Part shown: piece by piece, positions 27,101 through 40,058 of the stretch
Position numbering within the stretch: position 1 is the stretch's first letter
Layout of the letters: each line of letters starts with the position of its first letter
Assembly (NCBI GenBank): GCA_050575255.1
Contig: JBNZDD010013712.1
Span: 3,415,136-3,479,135, forward strand
Direction of reading: 5' to 3'
DNA: 64,000 bases
Source: Harriotta raleighana
Taxonomy: Eukaryota
Made by a program: the position numbers and the translations under genes
The notes under the pieces: generated by a model
Told to the model about the DNA's origin: nothing
What the model saw: the letters and a program-made list of their open reading frames with translations, nothing else
Databases searched by the model: none

Positions 27101-27286
27101 CTACTTTTTATTATTATTAAATGACCTCAGTCAAGGTGACAGCCACTTCCTTCCTTCCTGACACTCCAAATTCAATGCAGCGACTTTGTCAGAAATCCCT
27201 GATAACAGTCTGTTGCAAAAGTTTCAAGGTGTTTCATCTACGTTACGTTTAGACTTACTGTTGACTGAATTCCTAACCTGTGTTAT

Positions 27287-27608
27287 AATATAATAATAAT
27301 TCTTGCATTTGATATAGCGCTTTTCAAGTCTTCTAGACGTCTCAAAGCGCTTCACAGAATAGACTGTAAAGTGAATTGACTATATATTTGTAGGCAAAAC
27401 GTGGCAGCCAATTGCGCACAGCAGTGTCCCACAAACAGTCATGGATTGACATGACCAATTTTATTATTATTTTTGGGAGGGAGAGATTATTATTCAGAGT
27501 GTGAAGTAAGGAAACTTGCCCAAGGTTTCGCCATGATCTGCCTGGATTCAAAACACAGGTCTCACGCTTATAAGGCGAGTGCTCTAACCACTGAGCTACA
27601 GGACTCCA
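27287..27608 (-). mobile_element. Same SINE family, full length, about 55 nt upstream of PRAG1 exon 2
   Basis: Well-preserved head, core and tail. Confidence 0.88.
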
Positions 27609-27662
27609 CAAAGGCTTAGTTCACTGATAAAAATAACAACCAATAACTTTTGAAACCTGCAG

Positions 27663-29749
27663 GTCACCCAGGAAATGTCATCCGAAAAATCTAAAAGGTG
27701 TCAGAATAATAATGATATCAAACCCGGGACAATTCAATTGGATTGTAACTCCTGCAGATGTTTGCGAGCTGTGGAGAACCACTCCTCTGATGATGCTGTA
27801 CGTTTGTGGATTCCACAAGAGCACTGTGGAGAAATATCCCAACATGGGAGTGAATCTCTGTGTGAGCAGAATGTGTATCACACAGAGTCATCGGGTGATG
27901 GGGAGGGGCAGGGCTACATGTCGACACCAGGCAACACCGACACCTTCACAATCACTCACGGAATGGACAAGCAACAGCAACAGCAAAGCTTGTCGTCTCA
28001 CCAAGAATTTAAGAGTTTAAACCTGCCATCGCCAAACAACTTGAAAAATCCACTTCGGAGCAGGAGCCCTGACGCAGAAACACCAATTTGCAGCAGTTAT
28101 GAAGAGGTATTGCAGTGCTATTCACTTGATGTGGATTCAAGCAATGTCATGAACTCCTACATGTTGACACAAAGTCCACCTAATTCTTTAAGTACTGAAG
28201 CAGCAATGCCAGACATTGCCTTTCCGCCGGACAAAGACCTGAGTCTGAACAGAGATGGAAGTAGATCACAGATGGGAGCTGAACATTGGGAGATCAGGAA
28301 GTTTGAAACAACAACAAATACATTCTTTAAGTTTGGATCAAGTTACCATGGTGAAGTGAATATGCAAAGCAATGAGCAATATCTTCAGGAACATCTGGGC
28401 ACAAATGACTCATCTCTACATCACCAGGCTGCATGTCCAGACAGTAGAGAAGCCTTGTTCATGTCTGGATGTGGGAACCCTAAGGAGCTGCTTCCATGGG
28501 AGGCAACACACACGCGTTCTTCTGCCTCACAGACAAAACAGCAGTATCATGAAAATAAGGAAGGAGTAACTGTTCCGGTGATCAGACCTACGGTGAGGAA
28601 TAATGATGGTAATTTGTGCAACTGGTCCGTGAACTCGATCCTGAAACCTGACAGAAACGAACCAATCTATGCGGAGAGCACAAGGAGGAAAAATAGAGCA
28701 CCGAACAAGAAAAATAATGTCAGGAAAGCGCAGTGGTCAACGGTGGAGACTCTTCAGAAAGAAACGGTGGTGGAGCACCAAGGGGATGGAAGAACAGATG
28801 TGGGGGGTCCTGATGATGTCAGCAGCCAGAGACCCACCATTACTGTGGTAACATCACACACCGATGAAGACAACAGGACATTTTATCTAAGCAGCCCTGA
28901 CTCTGCTGTAGCAGTGCAATGGCAGTGTATTAACCCAGGATTAAATGCACATGATAATTCCTTGCCATCCATACAATACACACCCACTTGTTATTCAAAT
29001 CAACAGAGAAGGAGCCATGAATCCTGCTCGATAGAGACCACCAATCTGCAGCAATCCTCTCGCCCTATCCCTGCAGTACCTCCTAAACAGTCAAAAGCCA
29101 ACAGTATCCTAGAACCAATCTCAACAGGAAATAGCAAACCACAGCAGTTAACCAATCTCTCCATGTATAAGTCGTGTGACAGTGTAGGAAGCAATACAGC
29201 ACTTACTGCCAGTGAAAAACATTCAGTATCACAACACTGTACTTCTACAACAGAGAGAAGCAAAGAATTACTTGGAGCGGAGCAGACAGTCAGGCTCTCG
29301 ATAGCTACTCCCAGCAGCCATTCTTATAACAGGGTCCTCACTGAAACAGCTGAGCTTATCTCTTCTTCACTGACAACAGAGAGAAGAAGCAGATACTACC
29401 AAACTGCATGGGGCAAACAGTGTAAGATAGATGAAGAGGAAGAGAATGAAGAAACAACGAACCATTCGCAAGCGGGGCATCCTGTATGTCCAATGAATTC
29501 ACTTGGTGGCCAGAGAAGAGATAAAAGCTTAGAAATGCCAGCCAGTACTTATAATGCACCGGGACCGCTAATAACTTACAGCAGTGTTGCCCATTATGGG
29601 GAAAAGAGCCATACTGGAAGCTATTCTGAAGCAAATAAAAAATCTGATGTTTCCAAGCCTCCAATCTACTCTTCTTCAGAACGGACTGAAAGTAGAAACC
29701 CAGCAACCAACACAATACCTCCACCTCCTCCACCAAAGAAACAGAGCAG
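27663..29749 (+). CDS. PRAG1: PRAG1 coding exon 2 (2087 nt, disordered region with EPIYA motif)
   Basis: Acceptor cctgcag|GTC is in frame with the 692-aa ORF. Contains EPIYAESTRRK (28659-28673), RTFYLSSPDSAVAVQW, WGKQCKIDEEEE and PPPPPPKK, all recognisable PRAG1 motifs. Donor AG|gtaacc, phase 2. Confidence 0.95.
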
Positions 29750-30444
29750 GTAACCTTTACTTTAAACTGTACAAGCTGCTCCAGTACATAACTGCAAATT
29801 AGAACAAACATCTTCTCAGATGTCATGTGTTTGAGTCCAGGGATATTAGTGTTCTGTTGACTATGCCCCACTGGTCTGCTCTGGTCCATGCCCAAGGTCT
29901 CACAACAGATTTAGAGCTTAGCACGCTTTATAAAAACACATGCAATCTCTTTACTGTGAAGTGTAGTGGAATTCTGTCTCCTCAGATTTGTAACTCCAGG
30001 CAAAGAGATTCACAAACATTCACCTTTCCAAGCTTCCATGTGCCAATACACACAGCACAGTTAGACATTGCTGTCATTGAATATGTGTGTGTGAAAGATA
30101 ACTTCTTCCTGGTCTAGCTTTACTCTATTTTTCTGAATTTCAGATCATGCAGAATTTGACAAATTGTTGAATTTACAGTATTCTTAACATTGACAAATTT
30201 ATTTTAAAAATCATTTAAAAATTATATTAAAAATTTGCAAAATGTTACACACTCTGAAATGTTAATAGAGTAACTCTAGACCCAACTCCTGTTTTCCCTA
30301 TTCCCCTGTTCAGAAATAGAACATAGTTTGAGTGGACAGAGAGAGACAATTTTCTGTGTGCTGGAATTGTTCACATAAATAGAAGCCCTGCGATATCCAA
30401 GGCTACTCTACTTTTCTCAATGGACTGCTTGTTTTACAATACAG

Positions 30445-30930
30445 CACAAATGTACATTTATATAGAGCCTTTCATGTGGGAGGATGTTTGGGAAAGCAAG
30501 CTGAGGGGGTGGGGACGAAAAGAGACCGAAGGAGCGGTCAAAGCAATAGGTCATGAGTTGGACTTTGAACGAGGTGAGGGAAGGAGTGAATTATAAGGAT
30601 TCCGGGATGGAGTTCCAGAGATGTGAGGGTGATAGGCAGAAAGCCTAACCACTGGGAGTGGATATGGTGGGGGACATGAAACAAGATGGTAGGGAGAGGA
30701 GGGAGCATGAGGTTGGTAGGGTTTGAAGCACAAATTTCAAGTTTAAAGGACAGTTGAGAGTCGAACAAGACACCAAGATTCTGGATGGCCTCTGTATGGT
30801 TGAATGTGTTTGTGTCGATTGACAATGTTAACACTTGAGGTGAGAAGGCACTGACGGGAGCCAATGCGGAAAGCCTGTGTCTTGTCGAATTTAAATATGG
30901 GAAAATTAGAGCTCATCCAGTACTCAATGG
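30445..30930 (-). mobile_element. L2 LINE fragment
   Basis: The - strand encodes NLGVLFDSQLSF and a KFDKT-like motif; the L2 tail lies at the left end. Confidence 0.7.
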
Positions 30931-33594
30931 TTGCTCCACATCACAGGCATTAATGTAGGGGAATGGAGGCCAACTGACACCCCATCATTAATGAGTGCTG
31001 AAGGTAGTTGACCTCTGTTGATAGTACTGAAAGCTCTCTGACCAGGGTTTAGAACTGTACAATGAGACAGAAGCTAAAAAAAACCCCAGTAAAGTCATTC
31101 CAGAAAGTGAGTTTTTTCACTCCCAATAGCATGCTGTACAACCAGACAACCAGATGCTCAGGGTTATTACCAAAAGGTTAAAGGGAGAGGCTGAAATAAA
31201 TGTATTTTTTATTGGAGGCAATAATAACAATAACAACAATAATCCTTGCATTTGGTACAGTCATTCACGTTGGGACGATGTCTCAAGCCACTTCATAGAG
31301 TCCCAATAATACACTCAGTGTCTAGAAAACTGGCAAGGGCAAAACTATTGCTGCTGGAAAGTTTGAAGTAAAAATCAAACACAATGGGCTATGTTCAATG
31401 GAGAGTGTTAAAGCCTCTGTGTAGCAATAGTCTTCAGCACTCTGCAACATTATCCTGCCTGAAGGTGATATATAAAAGCAAGTTGCTGTAGGTTACATTC
31501 CAAGTGCTTCCATTGTCTAAAATCGTCTGAGAACTGGATCACCTGCATTCATTTTTGGATGAATCTTTGTTGCAGTGAATGCTAATGGATGGTTGTTATT
31601 TGGGGTGATATTTCCTTATCTAAATGTCTTTGATTTTAAATTCTGTATGTATTTTATGGGGTGGTGGCAGGGCGGGGGCTGTATTTTTGAGAATTGAGTT
31701 CCAATTTGATGTATTTGTTTGGAAATTTGCAATATGCTTTTGGATATAATTCAGATTTGGGGTATTTTCAGTGTGTATTAGTGAAATTACAAACACTTTA
31801 TTACAAATATGATCTTCTTTGAATGTCAGCCTAGCTCAGTTGGTTGAATTTTCACCTTTGAATCACAAGTTTTGCTTCAAGTCTTATATTAAGACTCAGT
31901 TAACCCTGGCTGACACTCCAATGCGTACTGGGGGTGTGCTGCATTGTTGGAGGTGCCTTCCTTTGGATGAGACATTAAACCAAGGCCCATCTCCTTGCTC
32001 AATTGGGTTTCAAAGATCATTACATTATTCGATAATAGAAGGGAGTTTCAGTTGGTGCCCTGGCGAACAATTTGCCAGATAAAATTCTTCCATTTTTTCA
32101 TAGTTGTATCAGCACATCACTGAGTGTAAATGTATTGATATATCTGCCTACAAAATAAATTACTACAGTTTGCAGTATTTACTGTGAATCACCATTGAAA
32201 TATAATAATCCTTGCATTTTTGTTGTAGCATTTTATCATGTTTTTGAGATGTCTCAAAGTACTTCACAGAATATACTGCAAAGCAAAAATATTTTGTAGA
32301 TGAAACACAGAAGCCAATTGCACACAGCAGTGTCCCAGTTCACTTGCTTGCAAAGCGAGTGCTCTAACCACTAAGCTACAGGGCTGCATGTACAGGATAT
32401 CTACCTGACATGAAATGCAAGGATCCATATCAAATGCATGGATTATTCTTATTATATTATGCTAGTGGTACTGAGCTGGATAGATTTTTGTTAGGTTAGG
32501 GCATTAAGGCTAATGGGGAAAGGGTGGGTATTTGGTGTTGAAATTCTATTAGGTCAGCCAAGATCTAATAGAATAACAGAACAGACTTGAGGGGCTGAAT
32601 GGCCTACTCCTATTCGTATGTTCAGGATGAAGCAAATGTAAGGAGCTTCAAGACAACAATAACAACAACAACATTACATTTGTATAGAGTATTTCCAGTG
32701 TTTTCCCTGATGCCCTACCAGCTCCACTCTTCAGAAGTTTTAACTGGTCCAGAATTATAATCTATTCTGTCTTGTAAAAGGGCTCCCGATTCCCCCTCAG
32801 CCCCTATTCCCAACATGGGTACAAACACTGGATCGTTCAGTGGCTTGGGATGCCCTTTGACATGAAAGGTGCTTTGCAAATGTCAGTTTGTACAGTATTG
32901 TACTTCATTTATAAGGAAGTGGTATTACATTTATATTTGGCAGTGGTTACATGCCTGATATAGTCTGTGTAGCCCATTGCAGAGAGTACATCAGAGCAAT
33001 GGCGTGTGGAAGGGTTATAGTTATGAGGTTAAGCTTAAAAGATTGGTTCTGTTTTTACAGGCATAGGGAATGTTAAGAGGAGATCTCAAAGAGAGGATAG
33101 ATAGTGGAAGATTTTCCCGCTGATTAATAAATCAGTAACAAATAGACTTAAGCTCATAGTTGTTACTGGAAAGGGAGGTTAGTAGAAACATTTTCACACA
33201 GAGGCTTGTTAGATTATGGAACACTTTGTCATAGGTGGTTATTGAGACTGAGCAAATACTCTCTGCAGAAGCCCACAGACCAGCAACTGCTCATGTACAA
33301 GGACCCAGCTGTTTTTCACTTGCGTTCTCAATATGCTGTACAGCTGGCTCCAAACTACTGCAGCATATTTTATAGTCTGAAAGAAGTTGACTGTGGTGGT
33401 AATGGGAAACCTCTCAAATTCATAAGATTACAAGATCAGTGTGTATGTGGAAAGCCCTTTGGCCTATCTGATTTCATCTTGCTTGAACACCCAACTTATC
33501 GTCCTCCCATTACAGCATTGAGCTGCTTTTTAACCGAGTCCAACATCTTGGCCTCAGACATCTTCCCTGAAAACCTGTTTCTGTCTTTAATTTA

Positions 33595-34188
33595 TGGAGT
33601 CCTGTAGCTCAGTGGTTAGAGCTTGCCTCGCAAGGTTCAGGGGTTTGATTTCCAGGTAGGGCGCAGAAGCTGTAATAATTCCTTAAAGAATAATAATAAT
33701 TTGGTCAGTCAATTCAAGTTGTTCACGATTGGGTGCCACATTTACCCACAAAATATGTACTTTAGAATATGTTCTGTGAAGTGCTTTAAGACATCTCAAA
33801 TACATCATAAGGCGCTAATTCAAGTATTATTATTATATGCATGGATTATTATTATATTAATAAGTGTCCCACAAACAATCGTGAATTGAAGTAACCAATT
33901 TATTAATTTTTTTAAGGAATTGAATTAAGGAATCGTGGAAAAGAGATTCCGCCAATCGACTAACAACTGGTTTCCTACTTACTGCTAGGTAAATAGAGGC
34001 ATGTGGAGTAAGGAAACTTGGTCAACATTTTATCCTGTGATCAATTATTATTGTTTTATTTTCTTGAGGGATTATTATCAAGCATGTGGAGTAAAGAAAT
34101 TTGCCCAAGGTTTCATCCTGCTGGGAATGGAACCCAGGTCTCTCACTTGCGAGGCGAGTGGCTCTAACCACTGAGTTACAGGACTCCA
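33595..34188. mobile_element. SINE cluster: + copy at about 33595-33835 and - copies at about 33862-34188
   Basis: Heads at both outer ends, pointing inward. Confidence 0.8.
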
Positions 34189-34229
34189 TAATTATTATAA
34201 TACCTAATTATTAAAATTATCTTCTGAAT

Positions 34230-34790
34230 AAAATAAAACTTCCTGGGATCTGTCCTGAAATTGCCCTTTACAACTCTACACTGATGTCCGCTTGGTCTAC
34301 TTTCTTGATGCCTACTAAACTAACAATCTGGTTTACGTTTTCAATCCCATTTAAAGTGTTACACACCTCTATGAGGTCCCCTCTGAGTCATTTTCTCTCA
34401 GGACTGAAAAGCCCTAGTTTACCTGATTGTTGCTCATAGGCTTATTCCTATATCACAGGGGAGCACCATTGTAGCTCCCCTCTGCACCACCTCTAGGGTC
34501 TGGGCAGCCCCTTATTTCATGGTGACCAGTACGAGGTGTACCAGAGCAAGGTACCAGAGCAAGGTATAGACAAAGTATAATGTTANCCTCTATGAGGTCC
34601 CCTCTGAGTCATTTTCTCTCAGGACTGAAAAGCCCTAGTTTACCTGATTGTTGCTCATAGGCTTATTCCTTAGCTCCCCTCTGCACCACCTGTAGGGTCT
34701 GGGCAGCCCCTTATTTCATGGTGACCAGTACGAGGTGTACCAGAGCAAGGTATAGACAAAGTATAATGTTAGAGGGTCAAAACTGAACTG
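34230..34790 (-). mobile_element. CR1 LINE fragment with an n-separated duplication
   Basis: The reverse complement shows AAACTAGGGCTTTTCAGTCCTGAGAGAAAATGACTCAGAGGGGACCTCATAGAGG, the CR1 LFSLE-RGDLIE region. Confidence 0.7.
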
Positions 34791-35419
34791 ATTTATTCAA
34801 TACGCCTGGATCTCTTTCAGCTTCTCATTTGGTAAGTTTGGAGGGCTTGTGTTGCTATTCTTATATCCTATATGCAGTGCCTTGCATTGATCCATATTAT
34901 TTTTCCCCAGAATTCTAGACCAATCAAACATTTAAACAAAAATGATCTCACTGGCTAAGTCTAGGCATGGGTTGGGAACAGAGGTCCTGGATTCCATCTA
35001 ATCTTTCACGTTTCGACCGCTGTCTGAATATCAGGAGATTGCCTGTGGATGACACGCATTGATTCAAAGAGCTCTCCAGTAATACCCACAAAATGCCTCC
35101 AGCAAGTGGTTCAGCTACAATACCACTCACATTGAGCTTGGTTGAGGCAAACAGCAACCTTCCCACACTCCGCATGGAGAGGCCTTCTCTGTTAAGAGGT
35201 TAACGGCATGAGGGATGCTGGCCTAAAGCTCTGTTTTTGAAAAATCCCTCCAAATTAGAGAAACTATAATAAATCACAGGCCGATGAGGTGGAAAGAAGA
35301 TCTTTCCAATTAAAACACAGGGGCTCATGTTTTCGTTCTTCAAAAGCAACAAGAATGGTGAACTAAACCCATGCTGCTGTATAGTTGTATTGCTCATAGT
35401 GACAGGCTCAGGGAACCTT

Positions 35420-36435
35420 AAGGGTGATCAAAGAGTATAGTCTTGAGATGGGTGTTGAGCGATGTAAGGGAATGAGCTCATCAAGAAAAATTCAGGATGG
35501 AGCTCCAGACAGTGAAGGCACAATGACTGAAAGCACACTAAACTGTGCTAAAATGGAGGACTATCCCTGAGAACTGGTGAATAATGCATCACGCACTCGC
35601 TTTCATCTTGCTGCATATTTCTGTGTACGAGGCAGAAAATCTGAATTAAAAAATGTTCCTGGTAATAACAATGCTTGTGTTTGATATAGCGACTTATCAT
35701 ATCAAAACAGCTCAAAAAGCTTCACAGGATTTTACTGTGAAGTGTAGTGACTCTTTGTAGGCAATTGCTGCAGTCAATTTGCACATGGCCATGTACCACA
35801 AATAGCCCTGAAGTGAATGACCACTTTTATTCAATATAATACAATTACATTTCGGGTGGATATCAGCAGGAAGTTTCAGAGAGGTGGTGGAGGGGGGGGG
35901 TGGGGGAAGGCTGAAAACTCACCCACAGATGTTGGTGCTGATAGGGCAGAGAACTTGAAGCAGTCGGTGCTTCTTGAGTGAAGATAGAGGCCTGGATTCT
36001 GTGGAATTGTTTGGGGGATTTGGTGGAATTGGAATTGGGATTATCTGTGGAATTGTTAGCCAGGGCATCCCACTGGGAAAATCAGCCTACCCTTTTTGAA
36101 ACAGGCCTTGGAATGTATAACATCTATCCAAACTGAAAGTTTAGCATTTCATATAAAGGGCGACAACTCTGACAGTGCATTGGTGTCCCAGCTCTTCCCT
36201 GGAGTGTCACCCTGATAATTAAAAAAATAAACTTTATATTTAATATAACATCTTTCATGTCAGGAGAACATCTTGAAGAGCTTCACAGGAATAGTCCTCC
36301 ATTTTAGCACAGTTTAGCGTGCTTTCAGTCATTGTGCCTCCACTGTCTGGAACTCCACCCTGAATTTCTCTTCATGAGCTCGTTGCCTTACATCGCTCAA
36401 CACCCATCTCAAGACTATACTCTTTGATCACCCTT
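35420..36435. repeat. 150-bp inverted repeat (35420-35569 and 36286-36435) with a 716-bp spacer
   Basis: Manual alignment gives 141/150 identical positions with no indels. Confidence 0.92.
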
Positions 36436-37252
36436 TTAATCATCTTTCCCCTCCCTTCCCCTCCCTACTCCCTGAGGCCTCTCACCCCCACCTCAGGTAC
36501 CCAGCCAGAACTTTGAAGGCATCCTCCTGAAATAAAAGACATAATATAATTGTGAATTTTATGCTATTGGTGTCACCTTTGACAACAACAACAAAATTAC
36601 ATTTGTATAGCACCTTTCAGGTTGAGAGGACGTCGCAAGGCGCTAGGGAAATTGCGATAAGGAAGGATTAGTCTACCTGGGAATTTTTGAAAAGGAGATA
36701 ACTCAGAAGGTCAGGGGGGATGATCGAGCCAACTTGTGGATGACAAGAGAACATTTAGGAAGACTTGAGAACATTTTGAGGCCTGTAAGCTTATTGGTGA
36801 TGTGGCATTGGTAATATGCTAACAGGCAAAAATGAACAGAAAAATTGTAGCTTAATAAAGGGTGACAGGCATGTGGAACAAATACCTAGCACAGGTGATG
36901 GATAAAGGATGTAAAAAGGGATTCAAAAAAGAATTAAAGGATATATGGTTGTTAGGTGCTATGATAGATGTGTCAAAGGAAGCTGTTGGGAATTTGGATG
37001 GGTAGACAGGTCAGCGTTATACTCCTGCTATGTGTGTTGCTGCGTGAATTACAATTTTATGAAGAAGGCTTCCTTGACTGAAAGCCACAGGAATAAAGCT
37101 AGACAGAGGTGAGGAGACCTGGTGGTTAGGCAGTCTGAATCCGTACAGGATGTTCTGTACTGTGGTTTGGGAAGTGGGAAGTAGCACAGTTCTCAGATTA
37201 TGACTCAATTATTTATATTTAAAAAACATTTATTCTATCACAATAATAGGCC

Positions 37253-37735
37253 GGGGGCCTGTAGTTCAGTGGTTAGAACACTTGCCTTGCAAGTGAGACA
37301 CCTGGGTTTGATTCTCGCCAGGGCAAAACCTTGGGCAAGTTTCCTAACACCACATCTCTGATAATAAACCCCCCCCCCTTGAAAAACAATAATAAAAATG
37401 CTCACTGTAACCCATGATTGTTTGCGCTGTGCGCATTCAGTGGTTAGAACACTTGCCTTGCAAGTGAGACACCTGGGTTTGATTCTCGCCAGGGCAAAAC
37501 CTTGGGCAAGTTTCCTAACACCACATCTCTGATAATAAACCCCCCCCCCTTGAAAAACAATAATAAAAATGCTCACTGTAACCCATGATTGTTTGCGCTG
37601 TGCGCAATTGGGCTGCCACGTTTTGCCCACAAATATACAGTCAATTCACTTTACAGTATATTCTGTGAAGTGCTTTGAGACATCTAGAAGACATGAAAAG
37701 CTCCATATCAAATGCAAGGATTCTTATATATTATA
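37253..37735 (+). mobile_element. Same SINE family with an internal 171-bp tandem duplication
   Basis: 37265-37435 is repeated at 37436-37606. Confidence 0.85.
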
Positions 37736-37797
37736 TAATCCACAGGTAAAACTGTGCTTTATGTATTAATGAATGTGTTTTTCCTTCCGGTGTATAG

Positions 37798-37967
37798 AGA
37801 GCGGTCGATGATCAAGATGAGCCATAGCACCTCTGAGGGAGAGAAGCCAAGCTGGGACTCCGTAGAAAATCTGGTGGGAATCTCCGAAGGAATGAATGGT
37901 AGATTCCCTGCAGTTTCCACTGAGAGTCTGGGCTCTGATTCTGACGCAAGGACATTTCAGGACAGGG
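37798..37967 (+). CDS. PRAG1: PRAG1 coding exon 3
   Basis: Acceptor gtgtatag|A completes the Arg codon. IKMSHSTSEGEK...STESLGSDS resembles human LKMNKSSSDLEK...STDSLASDS. Donor G|gtaggc, phase 1. Confidence 0.9.
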
Positions 37968-38026
37968 GTAGGCAAACCTCCCATTATATTTTTCTGTGTT
38001 CTAAAATATTGTGCTGGAAGCTTATG

Positions 38027-38380
38027 TGGAGTTCGGTAGCTCAGTGGTTAGAGCACTCGACTCGCAAGCGAGAAACCTGGGTTCTATTCCTGGGCAGAGT
38101 GAAACGCTGGACAAGTTTCCTTATTCCACATGCCTCTGTTTACCTAGCAGTAAGTAGGAACCTAGTTGTCAGTCGATTGGCGGATTGCTTTTCCAGGAGT
38201 AATAATTCCTTCAAAAAAATCACTCAACTGTTTGTGGTTGACTGCTGGGCACAATTGGCTGCCATATTTCGACCACAAATTATACAGTGAATTCACTTTA
38301 CAGGATATTCTTTGAGCATTTTAAGATATCTCAAAGACATGATACAGTGCCATATCAAATGCAAAGATCATTATTATTGT
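38027..38380 (+). mobile_element. Same SINE family, longer variant, 60 nt after PRAG1 exon 3
   Basis: Head, an extra block GCCTCTGTTTACCTAGCAGTAAGTAGG, core and tail. Confidence 0.82.
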
Positions 38381-38869
38381 TATATTTCTATCATAGACCC
38401 AGCCAGAAGAAATAATCTTCATGCTTGGAGTGGAGTCTTGTATGATTATATGTTATCTTTTCCATTTTCTTTCCATTTGGATGAACAGACAATGAAGTGT
38501 AATGTCCTTTCTGTTCCTGTATATTTCTGATAATCTTCACACAGGCCTATATACTCGGGGAAGAATCTTAACTCAAATACCGAACATGTACTATTACAGT
38601 AACTTTAGAATAAAAATCCTTGCATTTGCCTCAGCCATGTCATTGAAAGTGCCAAACATGATTTACTGTAAAAAGTCGTGATTGTTAGATTGTTAAACTG
38701 ATTTTTTTTTAACGTGAAAATGGCAGCCAATCTGCACACAGCAATTTTCCAAAAACAGCCATGATTTTCACAGCAATACTCCCTACATCCTGGTGCTATA
38801 ATTGATCTATTGGAATGTACTTATTGGAATATCCCTGTAACTGCACAGTCGGGGTTTACTCTAAAAATC

Positions 38870-39332
38870 CCCAACCTTGTCCAGCTCTAATGGCTTCCCA
38901 TCCCTCAGCAGATAAAGTTCAAAATCCTTGTCCTTGTCTTCAAAGCCATCCACGTCCTTACTCCTTCATACCTCTGTGACCAGCTAACTCTCTTGTCAAC
39001 CTCTGCATTCCCTCCACGCAGGCTGCTCCACATCCCCCACCCGGTCCACCATTGGGGGGCAACGTCCTTGCATCTTCAGCCTTTCTATCTCCACTTTTGG
39101 AACTCCATCCCACAGACCCTTTGCCTCACTCCCTCCCTTGCCTCCTTCAAAGCATGTCTCAAGATCCTCCTCTTTGACTGCATATTTGGCCACCCCCGAC
39201 CCCAAGCCTCCCTTCCCACCACACTCCCTGATCTCCCACACCTCTGCTTGGGTCAAAATCCCTGACTATTCAGCGCCTTTGGATGTCTTCCCAACATGGA
39301 AGGCACTGTACAAACATCATTTGTTGTTGTTA
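38870..39332 (+). mobile_element. L2 LINE 3' end
   Basis: Encodes FWNSIPQTL...SLASFKACLK; tail CAGCGCCTTTGG...TTGTTGTTG. Confidence 0.8.
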
Positions 39333-40058
39333 CCCCTAGTACATGACAAACAGGATTGCTTCATGTCTTTCCATTTGGCTGTAGACAATGAATGGGACAT
39401 GTTTTTTTCAGTAATGCATGGAGCGACTGCATTAATCAGCAGATAGACATCGGCCTCTCCCTTTTAGCTGAGTTGATGTGCTTGTTTGGAGCGTTAAAAG
39501 GAGGCTCATCTGCCAGGTGGATGTTAGAGACCCCACGGCCCCTATTCAAAGCGAGAAGGAAGTTTCAGAACATTCAGGAATATTCAGCCTGCACTGAATT
39601 TCCTCACGATTGGAGAGTGTTAAACCTTAGGGAGTAGCTCTGGGGTGGAGAATACATGCTGCCTGTCTGAAGGGCTCGAGGGAGAACAACATCAACAAAA
39701 TTAGATTTATAGAGCATCTTTCACGTCAAGAGGACATCCCAATGCGCTGAACAGTTAGGTTGGGATCCGAGCATGGGTAGAGGGGTAACACAAATAACAC
39801 TCATCCGAGCTGCCACCATCATGTCCGTGCCACCAGTTGTGACCTGGCAGCAATCGGTGAAGATCACAATTGGCGAGCCCCATGCAATATCACAATAATT
39901 CTTCTCTCATTAAATAAGAAGATCAGAACAGAATATTTTAGACAAGAGGTGAACCCCAAGCTTCGTCAAGACCTGTGGGTGGTTTTCACGGCCACTGTGT
40001 GGTGCAGCTCGTGCTTTCTGAATTGTTGCTGAATGATCTCCTCTTTTTATCCTTGCAG

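Noticed and set aside
29356-29895. Antisense and alternative-frame ORFs over PRAG1 and MBOAT4 exons, and the many 60-130 aa ORFs elsewhere
   Set aside because: They show no recognisable homology and are explained as shadows of real exons, repeats or chance.
37968-38290. C-terminal part of the 178-aa ORF
   Set aside because: Lies after the exon 3 donor and runs through a SINE.
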